Positions 39,202 through 49,776 of a DNA stretch of 64,000 nucleotides are shown piece after piece. Location of the stretch: IMG/VR virus record IMGVR_UViG_3300032053_018320. The stretch is one strand, 5' to 3'. The notes beneath the pieces were generated by a model. That model had not been told where the DNA came from and searched no databases. It saw only the letters and a list, made by a program, of their open reading frames with translations. Every line of letters starts with the position of its first letter. The first letter of the stretch is position 1. Origin of the DNA: an uncultured virus (IMG/VR IMGVR_UViG_3300032053_018320) (Duplodnaviria > Heunggongvirae > Uroviricota > Caudoviricetes). A program made the translations under genes and the position numbers.

Positions 39202-39873
39202 GTGCCATACAAATATTGTGAAATACTCACGGGTGACATACCAGTAGATGTGTTCGTCCTTCATGGATACCGTTCAAACATCGAGAATGTTAACAGATTT
39301 AGTCAGTCAATTAACAATTTAGGATTCCCCGTGATTCTGTGTGAATATGTTGGTCACGGCAATCGCGTTGGCGATAGACACAACTTGCATGAAACGATGA
39401 TCTATATAGAATCCGTTGTTAAACGTCGTCACAATCCTGTCGTTCTCATCGGTCATTCGTTGGGTGGTGCAATAGCCATATCGATTGCTGCACGGTCGAA
39501 TTTCGTGAAACAGGTATTTGCCATATCGTCACCAAACGGGGCAATGCTCGATGATGAACGACAACTGAAAAAGTTAGAATTGCTCTATCTTGAACGATTC
39601 AGCGAGAAGGCGTTCGATAATCTAAATTCTATTATGCCATCGATGTATGCATCGTGCCGTCGTGACAACTCAGCAAAATACTTCATTGTTCATTGTAAGA
39701 GCGATACCGTCGTGCCATTCATCGAATTTGAAGCGAATGTTGAATTACTCTGTTTGCCGTTATCAAACACGATGGTCATCGAACGAATAACTGGTAATGG
39801 TGTGATCGATCATTCAGCATTATTATATATACCAGAAACGTTAGAATTCATCGAGAAACACATCATCACTTAA
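39202..39873 (+). CDS. alpha/beta hydrolase
   Basis: LHG, GHG, GHSLGG nucleophile elbow, DTVVP, C-terminal His. Confidence 0.88.
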   Translation: MPYKYCEILTGDIPVDVFVLHGYRSNIENVNRFSQSINNLGFPVILCEYVGHGNRVGDRHNLHETMIYIESVVKRRHNPVVLIGHSLGGAIAISIAARSNFVKQVFAISSPNGAMLDDERQLKKLELLYLERFSEKAFDNLNSIMPSMYASCRRDNSAKYFIVHCKSDTVVPFIEFEANVELLCLPLSNTMVIERITGNGVIDHSALLYIPETLEFIEKHIIT

Positions 39874-40192
39874 AAAATAATCATCCTTTCGTCGTGTTCG
39901 TGAACTCAAAGTATAGCAGCCAGAGTTCTCGATTCTTTACAATAATCCATTTTATCATCCAATAATAAAAAATTATGAAATCACAACATTCCCATAATCA
40001 TTAAATCAATGATCGTGATCATAATGGGCACGACAATTATTAAAAATACACAACAAAATGGAACGTTATTTTTACTATCATTATTTATATAATACGATAT
40101 TTTTGATAATATGTATCGGATTTCCTTGATCGTGCAAGCCTTCTCGATCAGATAAAGGGTTGCCGTCTTGATAGTTATGTCATTTCTTATGA

Positions 40193-40657
40193 TCAATCAT
40201 CTTCATGAATTGCTGTTGGTGAATCGCCATCATCTTCATATAGTTTAAGATCAGCAAAATGTTGAATGAATTTTTCGCCACTAACATCAGACGCATCAAC
40301 AAAGATGAATTTTTTTCCACCTAATCCGTGAAATTGCTTCGTGAAGCGATCGAACTTTTCAGTCGTGAGTCTTACCATCACTTCAGCATTTATTCTTGCT
40401 GTTTGGTGATTTGACTTCTTGACCTTGACTCGAATCCAACGAACATTCGATCCGTGTTGTTCTTTAACCTTACCAACAAATAATATTTCGCCAACAAAAC
40501 AATTTGCATCGATATTTTTATCTTTATCGATGATCGTGACAACTATCTTTTGCATTTCTGCCTCAGCCTCGTGTTCCTTGAAGTATTGTTCGATGTCGGG
40601 ACGATACTCAACTTCTGAAATTTTAGTCCCGTCCTTGAACACTTGGATGAGTTTCAT
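40193..40657 (-). CDS. hypothetical protein
   Basis: likely starts MKLIQV below a TTTAAA box near 40680. Confidence 0.55.
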   Translation of the reverse strand: MKLIQVFKDGTKISEVEYRPDIEQYFKEHEAEAEMQKIVVTIIDKDKNIDANCFVGEILFVGKVKEQHGSNVRWIRVKVKKSNHQTARINAEVMVRLTTEKFDRFTKQFHGLGGKKFIFVDASDVSGEKFIQHFADLKLYEDDGDSPTAIHEDD

Positions 40658-40764
40658 AATTGAAAGATGGAACAGAGAATTTAAAAAAGTTTGGATTGAA
40701 TAGTTTGTCACAGAAAAGAATTTAAGAGTGAGTGGGAGATCACCGATTAAAGATGATTCGTGAT

Positions 40765-41295
40765 ATGTCGTGTAAAACAACTGGAAATAGCGTAGATTTG
40801 CTGCGATCGCCGACATTCATCAATAAAATGCGAACCTATGGCGAAATCGGCATTCGGTATCACGAGATGCCTACTCGTGAGAATGGTGACCATTACGACT
40901 ACACTCTTGGATGGAAAGGCATACGGGCAGTCGTGGATTTCATCATTCCAAAGATGTTACCAAATCCACGAGTGCTACAAGCGAAGTCGACACCAATCGA
41001 GGCATTTTTTCCGCCGTCCGGTCAAAAAGTAGTTCTGCTCTTCATGGAATGTCACGATCCGTCATATATGTTCGATGAAGAAGGTGTTTGGGACGATCCT
41101 AAACGAGGTAAAGAACCGTGGCACAAGGTTTATGGTGGAAAAGCCCAAGTAACAATGACAAGCGAATTTGCGTGGGTTTTAACCGTCGGACCGACGACGA
41201 GTTATAAAATCTGGAAGCCAAACTTCGCTGATTTTCGCACTAACGTCGGCAAGGCGTGGATTCAGATGGCTTCTGTCGATGGATGTATGGATTAA
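40765..41295 (+). CDS. LigD-type 3'-phosphoesterase (PE) domain protein
   Basis: YH...HYDYTL...IPK...ECH..SY..EG...YG pattern of the LigD PE domain. Confidence 0.7.
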   Translation: MSCKTTGNSVDLLRSPTFINKMRTYGEIGIRYHEMPTRENGDHYDYTLGWKGIRAVVDFIIPKMLPNPRVLQAKSTPIEAFFPPSGQKVVLLFMECHDPSYMFDEEGVWDDPKRGKEPWHKVYGGKAQVTMTSEFAWVLTVGPTTSYKIWKPNFADFRTNVGKAWIQMASVDGCMD

Positions 41296-41305
41296 AAAAT
41301 TAGTT

Positions 41306-41896
41306 TCATTTTTTCAATGGTTTATATTTACCGTGCATTATCTTTTGACGTTCAGTAAATGTCAAACGAGACCATTTATCGGCAAACTCTCGTGCTCGTT
41401 CTTTCGTTTCGTATTGTTTCAGTAACTGATTGGTCTTAGCGTCGTGGGTTTCCCACCGAAGAATGTTACCAACATCATTAATTATTGGTATAACTCTCGC
41501 ATCTCCGATCGTGAATTCTTCATTAACACATTGATCTATCCAATTACCAACTTCCTCGGCATACACTTTCTTTATTTTCAGCCACGCGATCAATTTTCGT
41601 GCTAACTTATACGACGAACTACCGATGTTCCATCGAACGAATTGCGCTTCTTTCATTGTCCGCTTGTTTGGTGAAGACACACCCGATCCAATCCAGTCGT
41701 AAACGATAAAATAATTGTCTTCTTCATCCTTGATATACCATTCAAAATTTAATCTATCTGACCTGGTTACGTTAAGCAATGGTTCACCAAACAACTTCAC
41801 CAAATCATTGTAATTTGCTTTCATCGACGCGACGAATTTGATGCTTGACTTGCCGTGAAAACGTTCAGTTCTATTCATGGGTGTGAATGTTATCAT
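41306..41896 (-). CDS. phage-type hypothetical protein
   Basis: YNDLVKLFGEP...EW...IVYDW...WNIG. Confidence 0.6.
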   Translation of the reverse strand: MITFTPMNRTERFHGKSSIKFVASMKANYNDLVKLFGEPLLNVTRSDRLNFEWYIKDEEDNYFIVYDWIGSGVSSPNKRTMKEAQFVRWNIGSSSYKLARKLIAWLKIKKVYAEEVGNWIDQCVNEEFTIGDARVIPIINDVGNILRWETHDAKTNQLLKQYETKERAREFADKWSRLTFTERQKIMHGKYKPLKK

Positions 41897-41955
41897 GTCA
41901 TCATTCGATCATTTGCCGTCCAATCCTATATCCATTTCGTTGTCACGAGAAAAAT

Positions 41956-42429
41956 TCAAAACATCACACATTGACCTGGATCACGAACGACCATCGCACG
42001 AATGATCGAATACGATGTATCGTTAAACGTGAATGATTTATCTGGACCGCTATCTGGATCGTGGGCGATGATCACGTTATTGTCATATCCAGTCATCACG
42101 ACTGTATGTCTCCCACCATTTGCCCACTGCAATCGAAGGATGATTGGCTCAGATCGCTTGTTAAACGCTCGTTTCAATTGATTCATCGTTGGTTGATCGA
42201 TCATCGTTACCCTATATCCTAATTGTTTGAAAAACCATTCGAGACCCTTATCACCAACTTCCAAGTTTCCGTCAAATGTCCTACCACCTCTACGTTCGAT
42301 TCCGCCTTGAGTGACACGAGATTGTTCGCAGAAAAACTTATGAACCATTTGGGCTGCTGCTTCAGAGCAATGATATGGTCTATCATCCGACTTGAAATAT
42401 GGCACATCTATTTTAGCGTTGGTAGGCAT
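41956..42429 (-). CDS. papain-fold peptidase C39-like protein
   Basis: VPY...CSEAAAQM, HTVVMTGYD, HDP (Cys-His-Asp triad). Confidence 0.8.
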   Translation of the reverse strand: MPTNAKIDVPYFKSDDRPYHCSEAAAQMVHKFFCEQSRVTQGGIERRGGRTFDGNLEVGDKGLEWFFKQLGYRVTMIDQPTMNQLKRAFNKRSEPIILRLQWANGGRHTVVMTGYDNNVIIAHDPDSGPDKSFTFNDTSYSIIRAMVVRDPGQCVMF

Positions 42430-42718
42430 TTATGTTCGCCTTCTTTGCAAGTTTTTGTTTAAAATTCATCGTTCGTAAATCATTAGCAAGACCATCGAGA
42501 ACTTTTGAAGCAATGGTCTTAGCCTTTTCAACGAAACTTTGCAGTTGTTCGAGTAACGATATATCTTGATTTGAAAAGTTTAATGATCTATCGTGAGTAT
42601 ACGCAACAACATCGTCGACAACATCAATCGTTTCAACGAGTTGATTTCTCGTCAAACTCACGAGTTGAATTTTCTTGAAGATGACTTCGGCTTCGGAATC
42701 AACCATTTCAGTCACCAT
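42413..42718 (-). CDS. helical hypothetical protein
   Basis: overlaps the peptidase start. Confidence 0.5.
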   Translation of the reverse strand: MVTEMVDSEAEVIFKKIQLVSLTRNQLVETIDVVDDVVAYTHDRSLNFSNQDISLLEQLQSFVEKAKTIASKVLDGLANDLRTMNFKQKLAKKANINAYQR

Positions 42719-42739
42719 CGATGTTAAAAAAAGAAAAAA

Positions 42740-43033
42740 TCAATCACATTTAGATTCTTCTGTCGGGGCGAAATACACATCTTTTCGTATGGTGCCCTTG
42801 AAGACTTTAAGGGATTCGATCAAGTCATCAACGGCAAATTCTATGCCTTCGTCAGAACCAATTTCACCGTATCCGTAGGAGTTGATTGCTTCGTCAAGGG
42901 CATTTATACGAAGAACGACGAGAAAACCGTTTCCAGTGATCCGAGGACTATCGTCGTCCCACCGTGCTTCAAGTATTCCAGAGCGAGGTCGGTGACTCTC
43001 GCATTGCATTCGTTCAATTTCACTCATGATCAT
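42740..43033 (-). CDS. hypothetical protein
   Basis: coupled ORF with Cys near both termini. Confidence 0.55.
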   Translation of the reverse strand: MIMSEIERMQCESHRPRSGILEARWDDDSPRITGNGFLVVLRINALDEAINSYGYGEIGSDEGIEFAVDDLIESLKVFKGTIRKDVYFAPTEESKCD

Positions 43034-43335
43034 TTACCTCGTTTTAATTCAGTCTTGCATCGTTGGGAAATATCACCCTTCTTTGCATTGGAATATATAC
43101 GAAGCGCCAATTCACGGGCTTTCGTCTCTGATTTACCAGCCTTCCATATGTTAACGGCTTGGATGTCCCACTCACCGTCCGGTCGCATACCAGTCGTTAT
43201 GTAGGCGTCTTTGCTGACCGCTCCAGCGATTCGTAAAGCCCATGCGGGATTCTTGATATCGACAAACTCTGATTTATCAGCGAATTCAAATATCCAGTGC
43301 CCACCACGTTCGCTCGATTTAATTATGCAACTCAT
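43030..43335 (-). CDS. hypothetical protein
   Basis: starts MSC below a TTTAAG box near 43366. Confidence 0.55.
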   Translation of the reverse strand: MSCIIKSSERGGHWIFEFADKSEFVDIKNPAWALRIAGAVSKDAYITTGMRPDGEWDIQAVNIWKAGKSETKARELALRIYSNAKKGDISQRCKTELKRGK

Positions 43336-43398
43336 GATGATCATTTCATTCAACGACTTTGCCCTTAAAAAGATTTATATCGACCCATCTCGTGATAA

Positions 43399-43827
43399 AT
43401 GTTGAACAACCAGATGAGTAAAATGAGTAAAAACAAATGTAGCATCAAGGAATTACCTATACGATCGTGGGTAGTTGAAACACCAGAGTTAGGCGCTGGC
43501 ATTTTCGATATGAATGTCATGAACGACGATGCTGTTGGATATGTTGAAAGTAATTTCGATGAAACTGTCGATGGACAATATCACGATCTCGCGACTAATT
43601 CTTTACCAAATCTTGGCGAAATAAGCGGTGTTATCATGCACGTAAACATCGCTGATGCTGTGTTAGCGCTTGCGAAAGTGTATAAAAGTTGGGATCAAGA
43701 CGACATAGATGAACCAGGTATAGGCATAGCCGTGATGGATGAAGATAACATTTTAAAAGAAGAACGCGATGCTGCAGAAGCAGCCGGTCGGAGTGTTTGT
43801 CTTAAAATAGACATTCATGAAGAGTAA
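43399..43827 (+). CDS. hypothetical protein, paralog of 5377..5901
   Basis: LPIRSW motif shared with 5377..5901. Confidence 0.7.
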   Translation: MLNNQMSKMSKNKCSIKELPIRSWVVETPELGAGIFDMNVMNDDAVGYVESNFDETVDGQYHDLATNSLPNLGEISGVIMHVNIADAVLALAKVYKSWDQDDIDEPGIGIAVMDEDNILKEERDAAEAAGRSVCLKIDIHEE

Positions 43828-43854
43828 AAAATGTATAAAATATCTTTTTAAACA

Positions 43855-44064
43855 TTAATACTTAGAACTCGCGCCACTTGAACTCACGCGATACTTTTCA
43901 CCACAATTCAAACATCGCGTCACTACGCCACAGCCGACATCAAATACTTCGTTATTTCGATGACAATACGGACAAATGGTCATCGTTTCGATATGACCAT
44001 TGACAGTTCTCGTCGTTCCGAACGGTTTAACGGTTCCCGTTGGTTTACACGGTTTCTTTGCCAT
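43855..44064 (-). CDS. small Zn-ribbon protein
   Basis: CPYC...CLNC. Confidence 0.6.
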   Translation of the reverse strand: MAKKPCKPTGTVKPFGTTRTVNGHIETMTICPYCHRNNEVFDVGCGVVTRCLNCGEKYRVSSSGASSKY

Positions 44065-44119
44065 GATCCACTTGACGATCACGATCCTTAAAAATGTTCA
44101 TTCAGACGATGGCGAGCGA

Positions 44120-44863
44120 TTAGAAATTTATCCTTCGTATGCCATCACGAAGCGATCGAACGTAAACCTTGAATCCACGATTGACGATGTCGACAGCAAC
44201 TTTCGTGATTTCTACTAATGATGCACCCTTGAGAAGTCGTTTGAATCCTTTTCTCACGTGTTCGGGATCAAATTCTTGGATGGCATAATATCCATGAAAA
44301 TGTCGACGAGCAAGATCGTCGGCGATCGTGTAGATATCAGCAATCGTGACGAATGGTTCGACAACAGTTGTCCGTATTTCCATCTTTTGACTGTCATTGC
44401 TACAGGCGGACAGGAGATCGATACTGTGATCTATATCGGACCACGGATTGCCGTAATTACAAAACGATTCATATTTGATAGGTGTAGTCTTGTAATCCAT
44501 CGCCACACCAGATACGAGTGGCAATATTTCATCGATGATCGATGGATTCGTGCCGTTCGTGTTGATGAAAATCGGTAAATCGATGGATTCGTGAATGTTC
44601 TTGATCACGTCAACGATGTCTGGTTGAATGGTTGGTTCACCACCAGAAATAACAACACACTTAACGAATCGTTTTGCCATTTCGATCAATTCTTTTATTT
44701 CATCGATGTCATGAAAATCACCGTTATTTGGATCGATCAATCGATGATTATGACAAAATACACAATCAAGATTACATCCACTAACGAAGAACACGATTGC
44801 TGCATTGCTCAATTCATCAATGGTGCTAAACGATACAACCTTGGCAATATTTAATCCTATCAT
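44120..44863 (-). CDS. nrdG: anaerobic RNR activating protein (radical SAM)
   Basis: FVSGCNLDCVFCHN, SGGEPT, TNG, MDYK, EIRTTV; nrdD is in the same window. Confidence 0.85.
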   Translation of the reverse strand: MIGLNIAKVVSFSTIDELSNAAIVFFVSGCNLDCVFCHNHRLIDPNNGDFHDIDEIKELIEMAKRFVKCVVISGGEPTIQPDIVDVIKNIHESIDLPIFINTNGTNPSIIDEILPLVSGVAMDYKTTPIKYESFCNYGNPWSDIDHSIDLLSACSNDSQKMEIRTTVVEPFVTIADIYTIADDLARRHFHGYYAIQEFDPEHVRKGFKRLLKGASLVEITKVAVDIVNRGFKVYVRSLRDGIRRINF

Positions 44864-44904
44864 CCGACAACGCCCGATACAATATAAAAAATAAAAAACA
44901 TTCA

Positions 44905-45348
44905 TTAAGTTTGCTTTTTTATTGCTGTTACTGACGATACTTGCGAGAAATCTACATCAAATATCGATGAAGTCGTTTCAACGATGAGTGCCATACTAGT
45001 ATACTTGCTTTTTTCAACCGACACAACATCGTCACGTTGAATTATTGATGGTTGACGGTTGTAATCAAACTTGTATTCAACGATGATGACATCGATTTCG
45101 GCATTGGATAGAAAGTCACGAAACAGACCACGACTTGGCTCTTTTGCCCTAATAACACGTCCAATCGACGAACCGCTGATATGCATTGTCGTCTCGTTTG
45201 TTTTCAATTCTATGGTTTCGTGTTCGCCCAAGACTTCTGACGTAACTGAAATGAATGAATCTCTATCGAAAATGACGCCGTCTAAAATAACAACGTCAAA
45301 ATTGACGTCAGTAAACGCGTCATGAATCAGATCGACAGTCTTGGTCAT
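44905..45348 (-). CDS. hypothetical protein, possibly two small beta repeats
   Basis: DVVIL...DRDSFISV and DVIIV...QRDDVVSV. Confidence 0.55.
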   Translation of the reverse strand: MTKTVDLIHDAFTDVNFDVVILDGVIFDRDSFISVTSEVLGEHETIELKTNETTMHISGSSIGRVIRAKEPSRGLFRDFLSNAEIDVIIVEYKFDYNRQPSIIQRDDVVSVEKSKYTSMALIVETTSSIFDVDFSQVSSVTAIKKQT

Positions 45349-45351
45349 CGT

Positions 45352-46302
45352 TCAATCCTCGTTCAGTCCAGCCTTTGCTGCATCTTCAACCCAATTCTTC
45401 AAACGATCGTCGTATGCTGTCGATGACAGTCCTTCGTTCTTGCTTACTCGCTCGAATAACGGTATCAATTCCTTGTATACCTTCTTCTTTTTACCATAGA
45501 TGTGTAGCGAGTCGCAGAAATCGAAGTATTCACCAAATTCAACGCCAATTTGTTCAGCAACATATTTACCGATTTGCAGCATCCCGTTGACGTTCGCTTC
45601 CCATGCACCGAATAGGTCACGAGACCGCCAATGGGCGTTCATGCGAAGTTTTCCATCGAAGACACGGAACCACAAGCGCTGTAAGCACGGTGGATCATCA
45701 CGATCGTTGTCAGCCAATGGTCGCCACGTTATTGCTTCAGCACGTCTCGTGTATGATGCTTTCTTGAGTTGCTTGATCGCAGCAGCGATTTGATCGACTG
45801 GTGGTAGTTCAAATTGAATTGTGTCAAATCCATTTGAACGCTTGAACGTGTATCCAATCGATTCCGCTTCACTCGACGGTTCAAGAAATTGCTCTTTGTC
45901 CTCGGTAATGATGTGTTTGATGTCCTCTACGTTCACTGGTCGATATTTAAACAATCGATCGTGATAGGTGTAAGGATAGGATGCCAAATTTTCCCAAATG
46001 TAATGATCCATTTCACCTGTCATCACTTCCGAAAGATACCCGCTCTTGATCGCCTCGATGCAATATAAGTCACCTGGGTGACAATAGATGACTTCGCCGT
46101 TAACCAAGAGCGATTTGCCGTTTTTCATCGTACACGGGTCGCTGAGCGGGTCAGTGACGTGAATGGCACTCGTCACATCCCGCGTTGGAAAATCATCGCC
46201 CGTGTCATACTGTGATTCAATGATGTCGCCATCAAAGAATACTCGTTGTAGCGCGGATATCCACGCCTTTTGAACTGATGGTGCTTCCAATGTTAAAAAC
46301 AT
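45352..46302 (-). CDS. thyA: archaeal-type thymidylate synthase (ThyA fold)
   Basis: YTYHDRL, RRA...W, PPCL, RSRD, AN (dUMP-specifying Asn), SLHIY. Confidence 0.85.
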   Translation of the reverse strand: MFLTLEAPSVQKAWISALQRVFFDGDIIESQYDTGDDFPTRDVTSAIHVTDPLSDPCTMKNGKSLLVNGEVIYCHPGDLYCIEAIKSGYLSEVMTGEMDHYIWENLASYPYTYHDRLFKYRPVNVEDIKHIITEDKEQFLEPSSEAESIGYTFKRSNGFDTIQFELPPVDQIAAAIKQLKKASYTRRAEAITWRPLADNDRDDPPCLQRLWFRVFDGKLRMNAHWRSRDLFGAWEANVNGMLQIGKYVAEQIGVEFGEYFDFCDSLHIYGKKKKVYKELIPLFERVSKNEGLSSTAYDDRLKNWVEDAAKAGLNED

Positions 46303-46312
46303 ATATTATGCC

Positions 46313-47104
46313 TCACTTAGGTGTTAACTCTACTAAACTGTCATGATCGTGACAGTCAAATTTTTCATACATATATCTATCAATGGTTATTTTCGTATCG
46401 ATCGTGAATAAACTAATCACGAAGTTTTCTTGTAATTTTTGGATTGATCGAATGAAATGATCGAACAACGCTCGTGATCGACTCCAGATACGGGCAGAGT
46501 TTCTTGAACGTATTGGAGAATCTGATCTGTCATTAACCAACGGGTATTCTATTGCTGCGTCATTGATGAATGCTTCCTTGATCATGAGAACGTCGCCAAT
46601 CACGATGTGATCCACGAAAAAAGGGAAATTATCGGATCGTAAACAGTTCATGATTTCCATCGGTGATGTGTGGAATGGATCGATGATTTTCGTGATCAAG
46701 ACGCCGTTACCATTACTATTCATGGTTTTATTAAATACATCGATGAACAACCCACGATTGATCGAATGATCCAATAATGATGGCAAACCAATGTTTTTCA
46801 CGATATACCATTGGTTAGTCGTTATCAACGCAATTTTATTAGTTTTTGCAAGCGACGTGATGTATTTTTCATAGGCTGCTTGTTGCCCTCCATACGAATA
46901 CCGACCTCGTCGTTCCAGCGCTGATAATTCATGAAATACCATGAGGATCGTTCCACTCCTTACCATGATGTATATCGATGTTAAAGGCATAAATCGGTCG
47001 TGTTCCAGCAAGTTCTCGTAGTAGACCAAGATAAACTTCGAACATTCCACATCGATCAAGCGGTATGGATAGTGGAAACGGATAATTTTCCATTTGATAT
47101 CCAC
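46313..47104 (-). CDS. hypothetical protein
   Basis: long ORF; true start probably near 46945. Confidence 0.45.
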   Translation of the reverse strand: MDIKWKIIRFHYPYRLIDVECSKFILVYYENLLEHDRFMPLTSIYIMVRSGTILMVFHELSALERRGRYSYGGQQAAYEKYITSLAKTNKIALITTNQWYIVKNIGLPSLLDHSINRGLFIDVFNKTMNSNGNGVLITKIIDPFHTSPMEIMNCLRSDNFPFFVDHIVIGDVLMIKEAFINDAAIEYPLVNDRSDSPIRSRNSARIWSRSRALFDHFIRSIQKLQENFVISLFTIDTKITIDRYMYEKFDCHDHDSLVELTPK

Positions 47105-47444
47105 TAAGAATGTATCGAATTTTACTCAATTCACCAATGAGGATTGCTGTAAAATCTGTTGGTATATCGAGACCCGATAAATCTCGTGGTCTCAACATAC
47201 TCGAAAATGTTTCCTTTATAACGCCGTTCATACCAACATCATTGGACATCGAGAAATTATGTAAGAATTCGTGTCTATCGTTAAACATCCTATCAAGAGG
47301 ATGAATTAACTCGTGATACGGATTATCGAATGTTGCTATAACGACCAATCTGAAAAGTTTTGATGCGTCATCAATGTATTTAAAACACGCATCAACACTT
47401 GATAAATTGATGAATCCATCGATGTGATTATTGATTGGTGACAT
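46929..47444 (-). CDS. hypothetical protein
   Basis: coupled ORF in the fen-thyA operon. Confidence 0.5.
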   Translation of the reverse strand: MSPINNHIDGFINLSSVDACFKYIDDASKLFRLVVIATFDNPYHELIHPLDRMFNDRHEFLHNFSMSNDVGMNGVIKETFSSMLRPRDLSGLDIPTDFTAILIGELSKIRYILSGYQMENYPFPLSIPLDRCGMFEVYLGLLRELAGTRPIYAFNIDIHHGKEWNDPHGIS

Positions 47445-47447
47445 ATA

Positions 47448-47933
47448 TTATACCCACTCAAAATTATCGATTGGTTCTGTATTAAACATTGCTTTCATTC
47501 CACGATCATACAATAGAACAGCATCAGCTCTCAGTTTTGTTAATTCGCTTGCTGTGGAACGATAATGGATGTTTAATATGATGATTTGCTCATGATGTCG
47601 CTGACAAACGATGATCGTATCGATTAATCGTGTTAGTGGTGATCGTGACGGACTACTCGTTTCAAGTTCAGTCGTGTCGATGATGACAATATCACGTTTT
47701 TCGCAATCCTTATAGGTATCAATTGGTATTAACTTTATCCACGATCGAAACGTTGTGTATTCAATTTCATCGACATCACCAACGAAACAAATTCGTCGAG
47801 ATGGATCACCGTCGCTACATATCGTCGCGATGTGAAAGGCATCGTTTAAACGATTTGTTATCGCCGTAAAACTGAATCCGTTATTTGCTGAGTGTTTGAC
47901 TAGATAATCCGTCAATCCACCATCGCTCTTCAC
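47448..47933 (-). CDS. hypothetical protein
   Basis: overlaps the fen stop. Confidence 0.5.
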   Translation of the reverse strand: MKSDGGLTDYLVKHSANNGFSFTAITNRLNDAFHIATICSDGDPSRRICFVGDVDEIEYTTFRSWIKLIPIDTYKDCEKRDIVIIDTTELETSSPSRSPLTRLIDTIIVCQRHHEQIIILNIHYRSTASELTKLRADAVLLYDRGMKAMFNTEPIDNFEWV

Positions 47934-48955
47934 AACCGTGCAACAGTCACCCGTCGTGCTTCAAGATTTTTATGCAATGAAAATAACTTCGATTGAACTT
48001 GATTTTGAGCGAATCCAAATTTCGTGACGAGCAAATGACTCAGTTTGTCGAACTCCGGCATCTTGAATCGTATGCTATAATCAGATTCGACCCGTGGATG
48101 CAAGAAAATCTCACGAACTTGATTGGCAAATGATAGAGTTATACATTCACGAACGTTCGTGAGGTTATCGATGACACCCTCGATGTTGTCATACTTCTTG
48201 ATATGTTTGATTGCTGTCTTGACGCCGATATGTGTTATTCCTTGATTGAAGTCAGTTCCAGCAAGGATGGCAACATCGATTAGTTGTTCACGAGTCATAC
48301 CGATGTTTTCAAGCACATCTGATAGAAATATCCGTTCCTTGTCGAGTTTGATTTCCTTGCCTCGAATGTGCATTTTTTCTCCACGATAGATATTTCTCAG
48401 AAATACTTTCGTTCCGAATAATAATGAGTCATAATCTTGAGATGCAGTGCCGTAGAGATCGCCTTTCGCACACATATAGGCTGACTGCGCTTCACCTTCA
48501 CTTTTTGCTTGAACCCACGGAACACCAAACGCCGTGAAGAGTTCTTTCAAATCATCTATCATGTACGATTCAACACTCTGTGTTTCCGTGGATAATTTAT
48601 AGTAGAGATCGAGATCACCATCCTTTCGTGCTTGTTCCGCTCGTTCCTTCATTGCTTCACGGGCTTCTCGTCGTTCAGCCATTGTTTCGAATTTCAAGAA
48701 GTGTTTTTCACCATCGAAAATATAGACAGGTTTAATACCGAGTTCAAGCATTTGCATCGTTTTATGAAAGAAAAACGAGACGTGAGACGTTACTCGATTA
48801 TTGAACTGAAGCGGCTGACCACCAGGTCCTTTTGTAGCATATAAGGCGCCATACAAATAATTGTAGGTGTCGACACCGATTTTCTGACCACGTAAATCAT
48901 CGAATGTTATGACTTTCTTGACGGGATCGACTTGATCCTTGAGTTTTATGCCCAC
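47930..48955 (-). CDS. fen: flap endonuclease-1
   Basis: MG start, GVD, TSH, PVYIFDG, EGEAQ, SQDYDSLLFG, GTDFN.GI..IG.KTA. Confidence 0.95.
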   Translation of the reverse strand: MGIKLKDQVDPVKKVITFDDLRGQKIGVDTYNYLYGALYATKGPGGQPLQFNNRVTSHVSFFFHKTMQMLELGIKPVYIFDGEKHFLKFETMAERREAREAMKERAEQARKDGDLDLYYKLSTETQSVESYMIDDLKELFTAFGVPWVQAKSEGEAQSAYMCAKGDLYGTASQDYDSLLFGTKVFLRNIYRGEKMHIRGKEIKLDKERIFLSDVLENIGMTREQLIDVAILAGTDFNQGITHIGVKTAIKHIKKYDNIEGVIDNLTNVRECITLSFANQVREIFLHPRVESDYSIRFKMPEFDKLSHLLVTKFGFAQNQVQSKLFSLHKNLEARRVTVARL

Positions 48956-49026
48956 GGCGTATCTAACATAATATCATTATCCAGACTTTAAATTATTTTC
49001 TGTCGAAAAAATAAAAAAAGTAAAGT

Positions 49027-49365
49027 TCAATCCACGACGGATTTAACGCCTGCTTCAAAGCCATTATCGGTTAATACCTTGACGACGGCTTCACATTGTC
49101 TCGTTCGGTTATATCCTTGCCATTGATGATCTGGTGGCGAAATATGATAATATCCTTTTGAATCACCTTCGCCGGCTTCGAGACCACCCTGTTTCAAGGC
49201 ACTCGTGATTTTTCCCGAGTCACCAGTCATCTTGAGCCACACAGAATCGAGATTCGCTGAACCACCATCATCGCTACCAATGGATTCCTTCGCCGCTTGC
49301 CGCGCTTCACGAGCAGCACAAACCAATTTTTCCATTTGGTCGGGAATATTGCATTTCTTTGCCAT
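49027..49365 (-). CDS. phage-type hypothetical protein
   Basis: DDGGSANLD...QG..RTR..EA pattern; starts MAKKC. Confidence 0.6.
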   Translation of the reverse strand: MAKKCNIPDQMEKLVCAAREARQAAKESIGSDDGGSANLDSVWLKMTGDSGKITSALKQGGLEAGEGDSKGYYHISPPDHQWQGYNRTRQCEAVVKVLTDNGFEAGVKSVVD

Positions 49366-49370
49366 TTTTA

Positions 49371-49766
49371 TCACGTTTTACATACTTTGTGTTTCTTGAT
49401 CTCTTCGATTAATTCACGTAATTCGTCTGCATCAAGTTCACTAACCTTGAACTGCTCGTTTGGATAAACACTTAGTCGTCGCTGGTGTTCACCCACATAA
49501 ATTTCCATATCAATCGTGTATGTATCGTGATGATATGGATCGGTGCTATTCGTTGGATGCACATCAATTGACCAAGAATCGATGATCTCGTGAGTTGTAT
49601 CGAAATGTGGTTCAAATTTCTTGACAGCATCTTCATACTTCCATAAAAACGGTATCGTGAACGACTCTGGTTCGAACCATGACGGATTCACGATCGTGAA
49701 TTCTTCAAGACCTTTAACTGCCGTATTATACTCTTGTATCAAATTTTCATCGATTTTTTCGTTCAT
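49371..49766 (-). CDS. hypothetical protein
   Basis: 131-aa acidic ORF. Confidence 0.55.
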   Translation of the reverse strand: MNEKIDENLIQEYNTAVKGLEEFTIVNPSWFEPESFTIPFLWKYEDAVKKFEPHFDTTHEIIDSWSIDVHPTNSTDPYHHDTYTIDMEIYVGEHQRRLSVYPNEQFKVSELDADELRELIEEIKKHKVCKT

Positions 49767-49776
49767 GATTCACACT

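Noticed and set aside
45352..46302. dCMP hydroxymethylase rather than thymidylate synthase
   Set aside because: The specificity residue is Asn (WEAN), which indicates dUMP; dUMP hydroxymethylase cannot be fully excluded, but no companion genes were seen
46313..47933. Three ORFs as degenerate RecA/KaiC-like ATPases
   Set aside because: Only Walker-B-like fragments (IVIID, IVIGD) and no Walker A; too weak to call
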